From positions 1,116,001 to 1,180,000 of the forward strand of contig NC_043011.1 in the NCBI RefSeq assembly GCF_006345805.1: 64,000 nt of DNA, in the 5' to 3' direction. The notes under the pieces are model-generated. The model saw only the letters and a list, made by a program, of their open reading frames with translations. It did not search any database and was not told the origin of the DNA. Shown here one piece after another: positions 26,387-37,492 of the stretch (positions within the stretch are counted from its first letter, which is position 1; every line of letters starts with the position of its first letter). Source of the DNA: Octopus sinensis (taxonomy: Eukaryota). A program made the position numbers and the translations under genes.

Positions 26387-27139
26387 TGTTAATGATTCTA
26401 CCAAGTCACCACTATAGTGTAGAGTTATATTATTCAGTGTGTCTTTTCTTGTGACAGCAAGGCATAGTTTGGAGGAAGATTTGGTATTAGATGTTGACTT
26501 CAGATTCTGTATTGGTACACTTATAAGTAATTTCATAATTAACTGTAGGTTGACAAGATTTGTTTTTCAAAGTGTTTTACATTCAGTCTTTGCAACTAGC
26601 TGTTGGAGGTTGGGTTTCAAAAATTTTCAAGTTGTTTATTATTGAATCAAACTATTTCTTATGTCTTTCATACTGAACTGTTGGGTAGCAATGAGCCTGT
26701 TGTTAGTTATGAATGGTTAGGTGTGTGACATTATGTACCTTGCCCAAGCACAGAATGCTATATCTTTAACAGTAAGCTTTAATCAGCATTTTAATCTCAA
26801 GACAGTTGTTGTGCTATTTAGAAAGAAAGACTGACAATGAACTTACAGTGAAGAAAGAGATACATTCATAAAATACTTTCACTGAAACCAAACAAAACAA
26901 ACAGAAATCAGACATAAATAGATGAAATAGTTGCAGTCATTTGAAATTCAAGCAGATGGCAATCAAACAGATGTAGAGACACAGAAATTAAACAAATTAA
27001 ATAGATCAAGTGAATGCATTACCATCATTGTCATCATTACTATCACCATTGACATTATTGTTTACGTCTGCTTTCCATGCCAATATGAATTGGATGGGTC
27101 ATTGTTGCTCCCCTGAATAGGTTGAGGAACCACTTCTTA

Positions 27140-27795
27140 TTCATTAGTTTAATTTTTGATTTGGTTTCTGACACTCATCCTGACTTTGGAAACTGTCAAG
27201 GAAGCCTACTGGATCTGCCTCAAACAATGTCAGATTTTCCTGGGTTATGATCAGCATGGTGGACTTTTGACTAGGTGTCAGAAAATGTGGCATCCAACGA
27301 GCAGAAATCTTCATCATGAAGTTCATTGTGCAGAATATTCTCAACTTTCTCACAGGGTATGCTAATAGTATTGACGATTTGATTTTTATTTAATTCCCTG
27401 TCATACATCAAAATGTGGTGAACATGATCAATTTTTTCCCAAGTTGTGGCAGTTGCAGGATATCAAGACAGTGGGTCATATTCAAGACTTTCCCTTCTCC
27501 TCCTAAATTCAGCTGCCAACTTTTGCATTTTTGATAAGGCTGGAGCATCATCCCCTAATGCAGCAACCATGTCTGCAGGTACTTGATAAGACCACAATGC
27601 CAAACTTTGTCCATTTTCTAGAGAATTCACTTATAGCTAGTTTTGAAGTGTTCCTTGAACAGTCAGAAGTCAGTTTACCTGGAAAGAAGCAATGCAGTTA
27701 TTAATAAGAAGTTGAAATTAATGCATGCAAGATTTCATAGCTATAGCATCACTTCTTCATAATCAGCCTCTGAACATTTCATCCAACTCTCATGT
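27140..27795 (-). mobile_element. mariner (DD34D) relic, 5' half
   Basis: KISARWMPHFLT (WVPxxL motif)...SQDEC; boundaries approximate. Confidence 0.75.
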
Positions 27796-27976
27796 ATGAT
27801 GGACTCTGCAGTTGAAGATAATGTATGAGCGTTCAGCTTTTTGCTCAGTGATCTGCACAAATTTGTTTATAGTAATCAAATGTTCTTATATAAATATATA
27901 CATACACACATATATACATACATACATACACATATTTGCATATACATACATATATATTTGTATATGTGCAAACATA

Positions 27977-29209
27977 TGAGGTGGTATCAAAAAGTTCCCA
28001 GACTAGTTCTGTAGCACACCCACAGATGGCAGCACATGGTTGTGTGTGCAGTGAGAGTTAGCAGTGACCTTTATGAGTTAGTGTGCTGAGTGACACCACT
28101 ATGTTTACTTAGGAAGTTGTGAAATTTGTGTTTTTGTCATTACATGTATGCTGTAATCTGTGATTTGGTCATGAACAGGAAGTTAGAACAAAGAGCCAAA
28201 ATGAAATCTTGTGTCAAACTTTGAGCATGCATTGGTAAGCTCACAATAACAAGGCAATGAGTCATAGGTACTGGTTTGAGTGGCATGAGTGCTTCAAGAG
28301 CAGAAGAATATCTCTGGAAGACTTGCTATGAGTGTCACAATCAGAAACGTGGATAAAATTCATCAACCTGTGTATGAGGATTGTCAGAGGACAACCAATG
28401 GCATTGCTGATGATATTAGTTCTGTTGTACATTTCATACAGACAATCCTATTGTCTGAATTGAACATGCCAAGTTTCTACCCCATCCGTTCACCACTGAA
28501 CAGAAAGAACATCACGTTGAAGTCTGCCAAGAACTCCATCAGCATACCACTGATGATCTATCCTTCATGTTGAATATTATCCCCCATGACGAAAGTTGGG
28601 TCTGTGGGTATGTCCTTGAGATGAAGCAATGGAAGAGGCCTTCATCTCCATAACTGAAGAAGGCATGGCAGCTCAATCAAGAACATACTCAAAAGTCGTT
28701 GTTGATATTCATAGTATTGTGCACCAAGAATTCATCCCCCAGGGCCAGACCATTAATCAAGAGTTCTACTGTGATGTTTTGAAGCATTTGAAGGAATATA
28801 TTTGGCAAAAATTGTTGGATCTGTGGATCATGAAGAATTGGATTCTTGATGATAACAATGCATCCTGTCACTGAGCTCTCCTTACTCGTGAGTTTCTTGT
28901 CAAAAATGACATGGTATTGCTGTTGCACCTGCCCTATTCACTAGACTTTCATCTTTTCTCCAAGGTAAAAATGCGGCTCATAAGTCACCAATTTAACACT
29001 GTTGTTGAGATACAGGGTGAATTGCAGAAAGTCCTTGTCTCACTTATGGAAAACAACTTCCAGGTTGGATTCCAAAAGTGGCAGGAATACTGGGACCAAT
29101 GTAATGCTGTGCAAGGTGACTATTTTAAAGGAGATAATGTTGACACTTTGGTAAATAAGTTATTTTTTATTAAACATAACTAGTCTGGGAACTGTTTGAT
29201 ATCATCTTG
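27977..29209 (+). mobile_element. Full-length degenerate mariner (DD34D)
   Basis: TIRs GGTATCAAAAAGTTCCCAGACTAG at both ends; IVHQEFIPQGQTINQEFY, LDDNNASCH, HLPYSLD. Confidence 0.9.
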
Positions 29210-29239
29210 TGCATATATATATGATGTATATATATATGT

Positions 29240-29525
29240 GGAGGTGCAATGACCCAGTGGTTAGAGCAGCAGACTCGTGGTTGTAGGATCACGGTTTCGA
29301 TTCCCAGACCGGGCGTTGTGAGTGTTTATTGAGTGAAAACACCAAAAAGTTCCACGAGGCTCCGGCAGGGGGTGGTGATCCCTGCTGTACTCTTTCACCA
29401 TTCTTTCTTCTGTTGCCCTGCTTGCTTAGCCAGTGGGGTGGCGTCATTCGAAGGCTAAAACATTGCGAACGCATTGTGACCAGCGATGTGTAACAACATC
29501 TGATGGTCTGGTCGGTCACGTGATC
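29240..29525 (+). mobile_element. tRNA-derived SINE family D, variant 3' end
   Basis: Head shared with 60310-60698; different 3' half. Confidence 0.8.
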
Positions 29526-30502
29526 ACGTGATATATATATATATATATCTACATGCATTCATCCATCCATCCATCCATCCATCATTACACACACACATAC
29601 ATACACACACACACACATACACACACATACACACATACATACACACATACATACACATATACATACATACATACAAATAAATGTATGTATGTACATTCAT
29701 GTTCTAACACAATATCCACTTTTGAGTAGGAATACATGGATATTAATACTGCTTTGTTACAAATAATTATTTTTAATAAGCCCACTATGCTATTTGCAAC
29801 ACAAGGGAAGGCCAAAATCACACAATTAGGTAGTCTGAATGGTGGCAATGGCAGAGATTTGTTTCCCCCTAGTGATGTAAAGAAGAGTGCCTCTATGCAC
29901 CAAAAGCCAGTATGAGGATTACTCACATGGTAACTATTGTTGTATTATGGGTTCTAACACAACACCCCCACTTAAAAATGGGGGAATAAGTATTACCCTT
30001 TAATATTGATACTGTTTCTCTCACTAATAATCATTATATATATATTTATATATACTTATATGTACGTATATCAAATAGACACAGATAATGAAATTTATAC
30101 AGTTATTGAAGAAATATAAATGTTTCAGATATGTTCATATTAAAGATCACCCTTCTCACTCAGCATCAAGTCTTGCGTAGGAAGGATTTTCCTCAGATTA
30201 ATAGATAAGCACTTCACACAGACACATAGATACAGGCATTTATTTAATAGGCACAACCTAAAAGTCTACTTTAGTTGTGCAACTAGTGTAAAAAGCATTT
30301 TAACTAGTACCCACAAAACAAGGGAGGAGGCAGGTTGTTCTTGCAGGGTATACAATAACTGTCCAGTAGCAAGCTGATAAAGTTACAGTGACACCTAGAT
30401 CTGCCATCCTCATTATCAGCAATGTCCTATCCAACAACAGTGATAGAATCGGAGGTGATGACAGTAACAGATTAACCACCTGTAATGCCATCGACCCCAG
30501 TA

Positions 30503-30990
30503 CAATGCATAAGATCTGGTCATCAAATCTAAGTAGAGACTTCAAACTTGAAATCTTCAAAACCACAGTCGAACCAATTCTACTATATGGCTCAGAAACC
30601 TGGACATTATCAAAGAAGCTTGAGAGGCGGTTGGATAGAACCTACACTGGCCTCCTTATGAGAGCTCAAAATCTCTTGTGGAGGCGTCCTCCAACCAAAA
30701 TGCAAATATATGGGAAACTACCACCTGTGTCATCTCTTGTGAAAGGCTAGAGAGTCCAGTTTGCTGGACATTGTTGTAGAGCTGTAAACGAGGCAATTTC
30801 TACTCTTCTCCTCTGGAAGCCATCTACTCACAATACCAGAGGGCACACACTTTCCTACCCTGATGTAATCTCCAGGGATACAGGCATCCAGCAACAGGAC
30901 CTCTGTAATGCTATGATGGACTGTGAAGTCTGGCATAGCATGGTAAATTCCATTGTCTCGACCACGGTCGAACAATGATGACGATGATGA
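30503..30990 (+). mobile_element. RTEX/RTE-like LINE 3' fragment nested in the PLE
   Basis: IFKTTVEPILLYGSETWTLSKKLERRLD..., FAGHCCRA, (GAT)n tail. Confidence 0.8.
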
Positions 30991-31464
30991 CAATCATCAC
31001 AGACAGAGATGATGACCAGTCCAGGATGAGCGACACAGAGAAGGTAACTAATGACCCCAGTGCCACCACCATAGATGATGACCAAACCATCATCACTGAC
31101 ACCAACGGCGTGACCGGCCCTGCACCATATATTACCACCAGCTGTCCCACACTACTGCTGGCAGCATCAATGTCATCCTTATGACCAGAGACGATAACCA
31201 TAGCCATAACATCTGTGAAGACAGCAGGTATACCAGTACTGTTGGACCATTGCACCATAATGACAACATCAACACTGATGATACCTACATCCACAGAGTC
31301 CCAGAAAGACGTTTTGTCACGTCCCTGGCCAGCCATGTGTGGCACCTCAAAGATCAAATGTCCCCATTTGCTGTTTAGGCTAATATGAGACAGGTCAGCT
31401 GTTCGACTTTGTTATCCTAGCGTTTCCTCACATCCACAAGGTGAAAAGTTAAATTTGTCTTTGT

Positions 31465-31530
31465 ATAGAGTCTGATGAGATGTCCACAAGGCAAGAGCTT
31501 TCATGGATATGAAATCATTGGTCACTCTAT
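31465..31530 (+). ncRNA. Type I hammerhead ribozyme motif (slightly degenerate), PLE-associated
   Basis: Stem I ATAGAGT/ACTCTAT; core CTGATGA; stem II ATGTCCA/TGGATAT; GAAA; short stem III TCATTGG; TC cleavage site. Confidence 0.7.
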
Positions 31531-31614
31531 GACCAGAATTTAACTTTTTGTTTTAATGCTTACTGTTCTATTCTTTAGAGTGTACTTATTTTTCTGATAT
31601 ATATTATATTGACA

Positions 31615-31679
<65 letters not shown>

Positions 31680-31762
31680 TGTGCATGTATGTATGTATGT
31701 ATATATATGTGTGTGTGTATTTATGTAGTTATATATAATGCATATATATATATATATATATA

Positions 31763-32309
31763 TAAACAAATCAAATTGCGATAAAATAAAAATAATTATA
31801 ATCGCTGGTATTACTAACACAAGCCATATATTTTTCATATATCAGTACATTAAGGCGAAATATGTGCTAGGAATACAGAAGCTTGATAAATTAAGTGAAA
31901 TGAAGATAAAAACATTTACTAAACCGGTAATTCTCAGACTGCAGTTTCTTTCTTTTCAGCAATAAAGATAATTTATTTGCTCAGGGAGAATTCTTCAGTG
32001 AGACCCTGTTTTTCTGGGATCTTAACTCACTAGAAGCATGTGCGTCTAATGATTTACTCTCCCTAACTAATCATATCACTGCGCAGACTCCGAACGTCCC
32101 GACAACACTAGGGAATTCTGGTATATCGCCTGGCGCTCATAATTTATCGAGAAATATGTAAACAAATCAAATTGCGATAAAATAAAAATAATTATAATCG
32201 CTGGTATTACTAACACAAGCCATATATTTTTCATATATCAGTACATTAAGGCGAAATATGTGCTAGGAATACAGAAGCTTGATAAATTAAGTGAAATGAA
32301 GATAAAAAC

Positions 32310-32314
<5 letters not shown>
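31763..32314 (-). mobile_element. Retrozyme-like element: 156-bp identical direct repeats, 396-bp period, internal hammerhead
   Basis: 31763-31918 identical to 32159-32314; (TA)n on both sides; hammerhead motif on - strand at 31932-32003. Confidence 0.6.
31932..32003 (-). ncRNA. Type I hammerhead ribozyme motif with palindromic stem III
   Basis: TCTCA-CTGAAGA-[stem II hairpin]-GAAA-CTGCAG-TC-TGAGA on the - strand. Confidence 0.62.
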
Positions 32315-32352
<38 letters not shown>

Positions 32353-32355
32353 ATT

Positions 32356-34398
32356 GTATAGTCAACCAGGTGATACACGAAGGAGTCATACCCAATGACT
32401 GGTGTAGCAGCATACTAGTCAACTGCTACAAAGGTAAAGGTGATGCCCTAGATACAAATAATTACAGAGGTATCAAGCTGTTGGATCAGGTAATGAAGGT
32501 TACGGAGAGGGTCATAGCCCAACTAATTAGAGAGAGAGTTAGTTTAGATGAGATGCAGTTTGGGTTCGTGCCAGGGAAAAGCACCACTGATGCTATATTC
32601 CTGGTAAGGCAGCTGCAGGAGAAATACCTAGCCAAAGATAAGCCCCTGTACCTGGCTTTCGTTGACATGGAGAAAGCCTTTGATAGGGTCCCCCGAACCC
32701 TCATCTGGTGGTCAATGAGGAAACTAGGGATAGATGAATGGCTGGTGAGGCCTGTGCAAGCCATGTACAGAGATGCCGTAAGTAAGGTTAGGGTTGGCAA
32801 CATGTACACAGAAGAATTCAAAGTAGAGGTTGGGGTCCACCAGGGTTCAGTACTCAGCCCCCTCCTATTTATCATAGTCCTCCAGGCAATTGTGGAGGAA
32901 TTCAAGACAGGTTGCCCCTGGAAGCTCCTCTATGCTGACGACCTCGCTCTAATTGCTGAGTCACTATCAGAACTGGAGGAGAAGTTCCAGGTGTGGAAGG
33001 AGGGTTTAGAATCGAGGGGCCTTAGAGTCAACCTAGCTAAAACCAAAGTCCTAATAAGTAGAAAGGTAGACAATCCACAAATATCCTCAGGAAGATGGCC
33101 CTGCTCGATCTGTAGAAAAGGTGTAGGTAGAAACTCTATAAGATGTACCCAGTGTAAGCTATGGACACATAAGAGGTGCAGCAATGTCAAAGGTAGGCTA
33201 ACTGGGAAGATAGTTTTTGTATGTGGCAGATGCTCGGGAGCATTGACCTCCGAAAATCTGCAGAAAACAACTTCCGTCACTTTCCAGGGGGAAAAACTAG
33301 AAGTAGTTGATAGCTTCCGTTATCTAGGTGACCAAGTCAGTAGTGGGGGTGGGTGCGCTGAAAGTGTAACTGCTAGAATAAGAATAGCCTGGGCAAAGTT
33401 TAGGGAGCTCTTACCTCTTCTGGTGACTAAAGGCCTCTCGCTCAGAGTAAAAGGCAGACTGTATGATGCATGTGTACAAACAGCCATGCTACATGGCAGT
33501 GAAACATGGGCCGTGACTGCTGAGGACATGCGTAAGCTCGTGAGGAATGAAGCCAGTATGCTCCGATGGATGTGTAATGTCAGTGTACTTACTCGACAGA
33601 GCATTAGTACCTTGAGAGAAATGTTGTACCTAAGAAGCATCAGTTGTGGTGTGCAAGAGAGACGATTGCGCTGGTATGGTCATGTGGCGAGAATGGATGA
33701 AGATAGGTGTGTGAGAAAGTGCCAATCCCTAGCAGTTGAGGGAACCCGTGGAAGAGGTAGACCCAGGAAAACCTGGGACGAGGTGGTGAAGCACGACGTT
33801 AGGTCTCACCATGGAAATGACTAGAGACCGAGACCTATGGAAGTATGCTGTGCGTGAGAAGACCCGGCAAGAGTAGTGAAGCCATAACCCGTGGCCCCTA
33901 CCTGGGACGTAGTCAGTCCACCTGTGCATACCTTCCTTCTTGTGACACTTGTGAAGACCTGTTGAGGCAAGTGAAAATCAATCAAATCAAATCAAATCAG
34001 ATGAACATCAATGGAATTTGTATCCTTGTGGCACCAGTGCCGGTGGCACATAAGAAAACCATCCGAACGTGACCGTAGCCAGTACCGCATCGACTGGCCT
34101 CCGTGCTGAGGGCATGTAACAAACACCATCCGAGCATGGCCGTTCGCCAGCCTTGTCTGGCACCTGTGTCGGTGGTACATAAAAACACCATCCGAGCGTG
34201 GCCGTCTGCCAGCCTCGTCTGGCACCTGTGTCGGTGGCACATAAAATCACCCACTACACTCTCGGAGTGGTTGGCGTTAGGAAGGGCATCCAGCTGTAGA
34301 AACACTGCCAGATCTGACTGGCCTGGTGCAGCCTTCGAGCTTGCCAGACCCCAGTTGAACCGTCCAACCCATGCTAGCATGGAAAGCGGACGTTAAAC

Positions 34399-34428
<30 letters not shown>
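32356..34428 (+). mobile_element. 5'-truncated RTE-clade LINE with 3'UTR and (GAT)n tail
   Basis: RT ORF followed by 3'UTR, (ATCAA)n, hairpin modules and tail. Confidence 0.95.
32370..33876 (+). CDS. RTE reverse transcriptase (partial ORF2), small 3' frameshift
   Basis: NYRGIKLL, QFGF, AFVDMEKAFDRV, GVHQGSVLSP, YADD, FRYLG, RLRWYGHV, RGRGRPRKTW; the natural C-terminus LGLTMEMTRDRDLWKYAVREKTRQE* lies in another frame and ends at 33876. Confidence 0.93.
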
Positions 34429-34429
<1 letters not shown>

Positions 34430-34672
34430 ATTTGAGGGAATAAAATCCAAACTTACAAGGAAAAAAATTCAATTTAGAAATACTAAATCAAATTTCACAC
34501 AATATAATATATATATAAAAAATTAGAAAAAACCCACCTTTTATCAATTCAAAATGAACAATTAAATTACACCATCTAGAAAATTACATATAATAGAAAA
34601 ATTAAAATTAAAATAATTAAAATAATAAAATGTCAAAGATTAAATAAATTGCAAAAAATAATAATAAAAACG

Positions 34673-34733
<61 letters not shown>

Positions 34734-34791
34734 TGCACACACATAAATATATATATGCTTATGAATTTGTTCTTACTGTTCTTCTTACTGT

Positions 34792-35206
34792 CCAGAAATC
34801 TTTTGTCACTCATCTGTAACCTTCTCAGCGACACTTTCTGTCTTTGTGTGTGCTCTTGCTATGCTTATCCCATTCTGTTCTTCTATGATGTGTATCCTTA
34901 TATGTGCATGCATCTGTGTTTGTGTGTGTGTATGTGTGAGCGTGTGTGTGTGTATGTGTGCGTCATTGTTCTTAGTAGCATTATTACCCTCCCCTCAGCC
35001 CTGTTGGGGTTACTAAGCACTACTCAGTGCTGCTAAGAATAATGATACACACACACATGTACACACACACACGCACAAACACAGACGCATGCACATATAA
35101 GGATATACACCATAGAAGACCAGAATGGAATAAGCAGAGCAAGAGCACACACAAAGTCAGAAAGTGTTGCCAAGGAGGTCACAGATGAGTGACAAAAGAT
35201 TTCTGG
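34792..35206. repeat. Long imperfect palindrome (foldback element)
   Basis: Arms 34792-34980 and 35028-35206 are reverse complements (roughly 85% by eye) with a 47-nt loop. Confidence 0.88.
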
Positions 35207-35324
35207 TCAATAGACATGAGTTAGAATAAGAACAGCAATAAACGAGTGAGGAATGAATATACAGAGCATGTGTTTATTTGGCAAAAAAAATGACCGTCCC
35301 AAAATACAATAATATATACATATC

Positions 35325-35672
35325 ACATAAATCGAAATTGATCAACATAATGGAGATTGTAGCTGTGATACCAGTGCCGGTGGCATGTAAGAGAACCATC
35401 CGAACATGGCCATTGCCAGCGCCGCCCCGACTGGCCTCCGTGCCGGTGGCACGTAAAAAGCACCATCCGATCGTGGCCGTTTGCTAGCCTCGTCTGGCAC
35501 ATAAAAAGCACCCACTACATTCACGGAGTAGTTGGCGTAAGGAAGGGCATCCAGCTGTAGAAACACTGCCAGATCAGACTCGGTCTGGTGCAGCCTTCTG
35601 GCTTCCCAGACCCCAGTTGGACCGTCCAACCCATGCAAGCATGGAAAGCGGACGTTAAACGATGATGATGAT
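35325..35672 (+). mobile_element. RTE 3'UTR fragment
   Basis: Same modules and (GAT)n tail as 34016-34428. Confidence 0.88.
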
Positions 35673-35992
35673 ATATATAAAATGTTAGACTGCATGATTA
35701 TCAAGCAGCTCACTATGTGAAAAATATGATTAAATCATATTTAGGGATGCTTTAGAATTGTAATATTTGAGCTATAACCTCATTTAGTAACTGGGGTAAG
35801 CTAATGAGGGTTTAATTGTTTTCAGTAATTAACTTGTGACACTCTTGCAAATGAGACACTCTGGCTGAATACCTACAGACTGATGTCTGTCACAAAAATG
35901 TGTTCAGTGAGTGAACTAAGGCTTGACACACTGTTTGCAACAGAGTGAATCCCATTAAATGTTGCTAACGATAAACAAGATATGAGATAATC

Positions 35993-36397
35993 TTTACTCT
36001 TTTACTTGCCTCAGTCACCCGACTGCGGCCATGCTGGAGCACCACCTTTTAGTCGAGCAAATCGACCCCAGGACTCACTCTTTGTAAGTCCAGTACTTAT
36101 TCTATCGGTCTCTTTTGCTGAACCGCTAAGTTACGGGGACGTAAACACACCAGCATCGGTTGTCAAGCGATGTTGAGGGGGACAAACACAGACACACAAA
36201 CACATACACACAAATATATATATATACATATATACAACAGGCTTCTTTCAGTTTCCGTCTACCAAATCCACTCACAAGGCTTTGGTCGGCCCGAGGCTAT
36301 AGTAGAAGACACTTGCCCAAGGTGCCACGCAGTGGGACTGAACCCGGAGCCATGTGGTTGGTAAGCAAGCTACTTACCACACAGCCACTCCTACGCC
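35993..36397 (-). mobile_element. SINE family A
   Basis: Full-length match. Confidence 0.9.
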
Positions 36398-36517
36398 TGT
36401 CAACACTTCTTTCAAAATTGGGAGAAAATATTGTTTAGTGGCATCCTATGCGAGTCTTGTAACAACTAGGTATGCAACTATTGGAAAATGAAATATTTTT
36501 GCTGCTCTAATCCCCAG

Positions 36518-36649
36518 ACGGAATTACCATCAACTCAAAATGTGTGTTTTTCTAATTTGTTCCTGGTACTTAGTTTTGCAAGAAATACAGAAAGTAGAAT
36601 GAAGTATAATCCAAAATTGAAACAACCCATGTGGGTCTGCCAGCAACAA
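36518..36649 (+). CDS. Candidate symmetric exon (132 nt)
   Basis: Acceptor tttttgctgctctaatccccag, donor CAA|GTAAGC, open phase-0 frame TELPSTQNVCF...MWVCQQQ; no homology recognised. Confidence 0.2.
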
Positions 36650-37492
36650 GTAAGCCAATGGAAATGTAGTAAAGAAAAATTATTATTTAATGCATTGCAA
36701 ATGTAATTGCTATGAGGAGCAAAATATAATTATGGATGTTTGGGTTTAGATAGAAAGGAAAGAGAATTGTGTGTGGTGTTATACAAGAATGATGATAATA
36801 TTGCAGATTTATGTGAACTAACAGTTATAATATATATCTGTTATACAAGAGTCAGGGTTGTAGTGCGTAATAATTTGAAGTGAATATTTTTAAACATACA
36901 TCTGCTGGTTTTTAAAACAAGAATTTTTAGCAATTACTAATTTTTGTTTGCATCCTAAGATTACCCAAAATATGCATCATCTTCCAGAGACATTAATCAG
37001 AGATTGCATTTATGGTCTAGTACTTCTTCAAAAATAGAATCATTATAGATGATAATAGAAATGTTTGCTAAAAGCAAAAATGCGTTTTTTTATGATTGCC
37101 TTCAGGAAAAACTTTTTGTGTAATATAATTATTATTGTTGTTGTTGTTGCACTGTTGATGACATTTGTTAAAGTAAATTAAAGTTGAGTGTTGAAGCTGC
37201 AAATATTTATTTCCCACAACATTTCCAGCTAGACAGGCTGGAAATATTCAATTATAATAAATACTTTTGGATTGACCTTATTGTCTGTTTCAACACTTAA
37301 AATCATTATTGGATTCTTTTTTTGTTTATTTTTATTTTTATTTTTCTTCTATGCTGTAATACTTACTAAACTGTGTATATTACTGAAATCAAAATATTGA
37401 TTTATATTCTGTCATATAAAATTCAAGCGTTATGTATTCTTAAATTCAAATGTTGTAAACTAGTTGAAGTATTCTTGACAAAGATGAATTTT

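Larger units (their letters stand above)
30140..31560 (+). mobile_element. Penelope-like element (RT C-terminus, T/D-rich linker, GIY-YIG remnant, 3' repeat with hammerhead)
   Basis: PFSLSIKSCVGRIFLRLIDKHFTQTHRYRHLFNRHNLKVYFSC matches the PLE thumb motif (FNPP..IGK.FL.LIDKHF...FNRN..KVSYSC); TSLASHVWHLKDQ matches the PLE endonuclease C-terminus (recalled). Confidence 0.8.

Noticed and set aside
31763-32314. TRIM/LTR interpretation of the 156-bp repeats
   Set aside because: The first repeat does not start with TG, and no PBS, PPT or TSD is seen. Not excluded, but less supported than the retrozyme reading.
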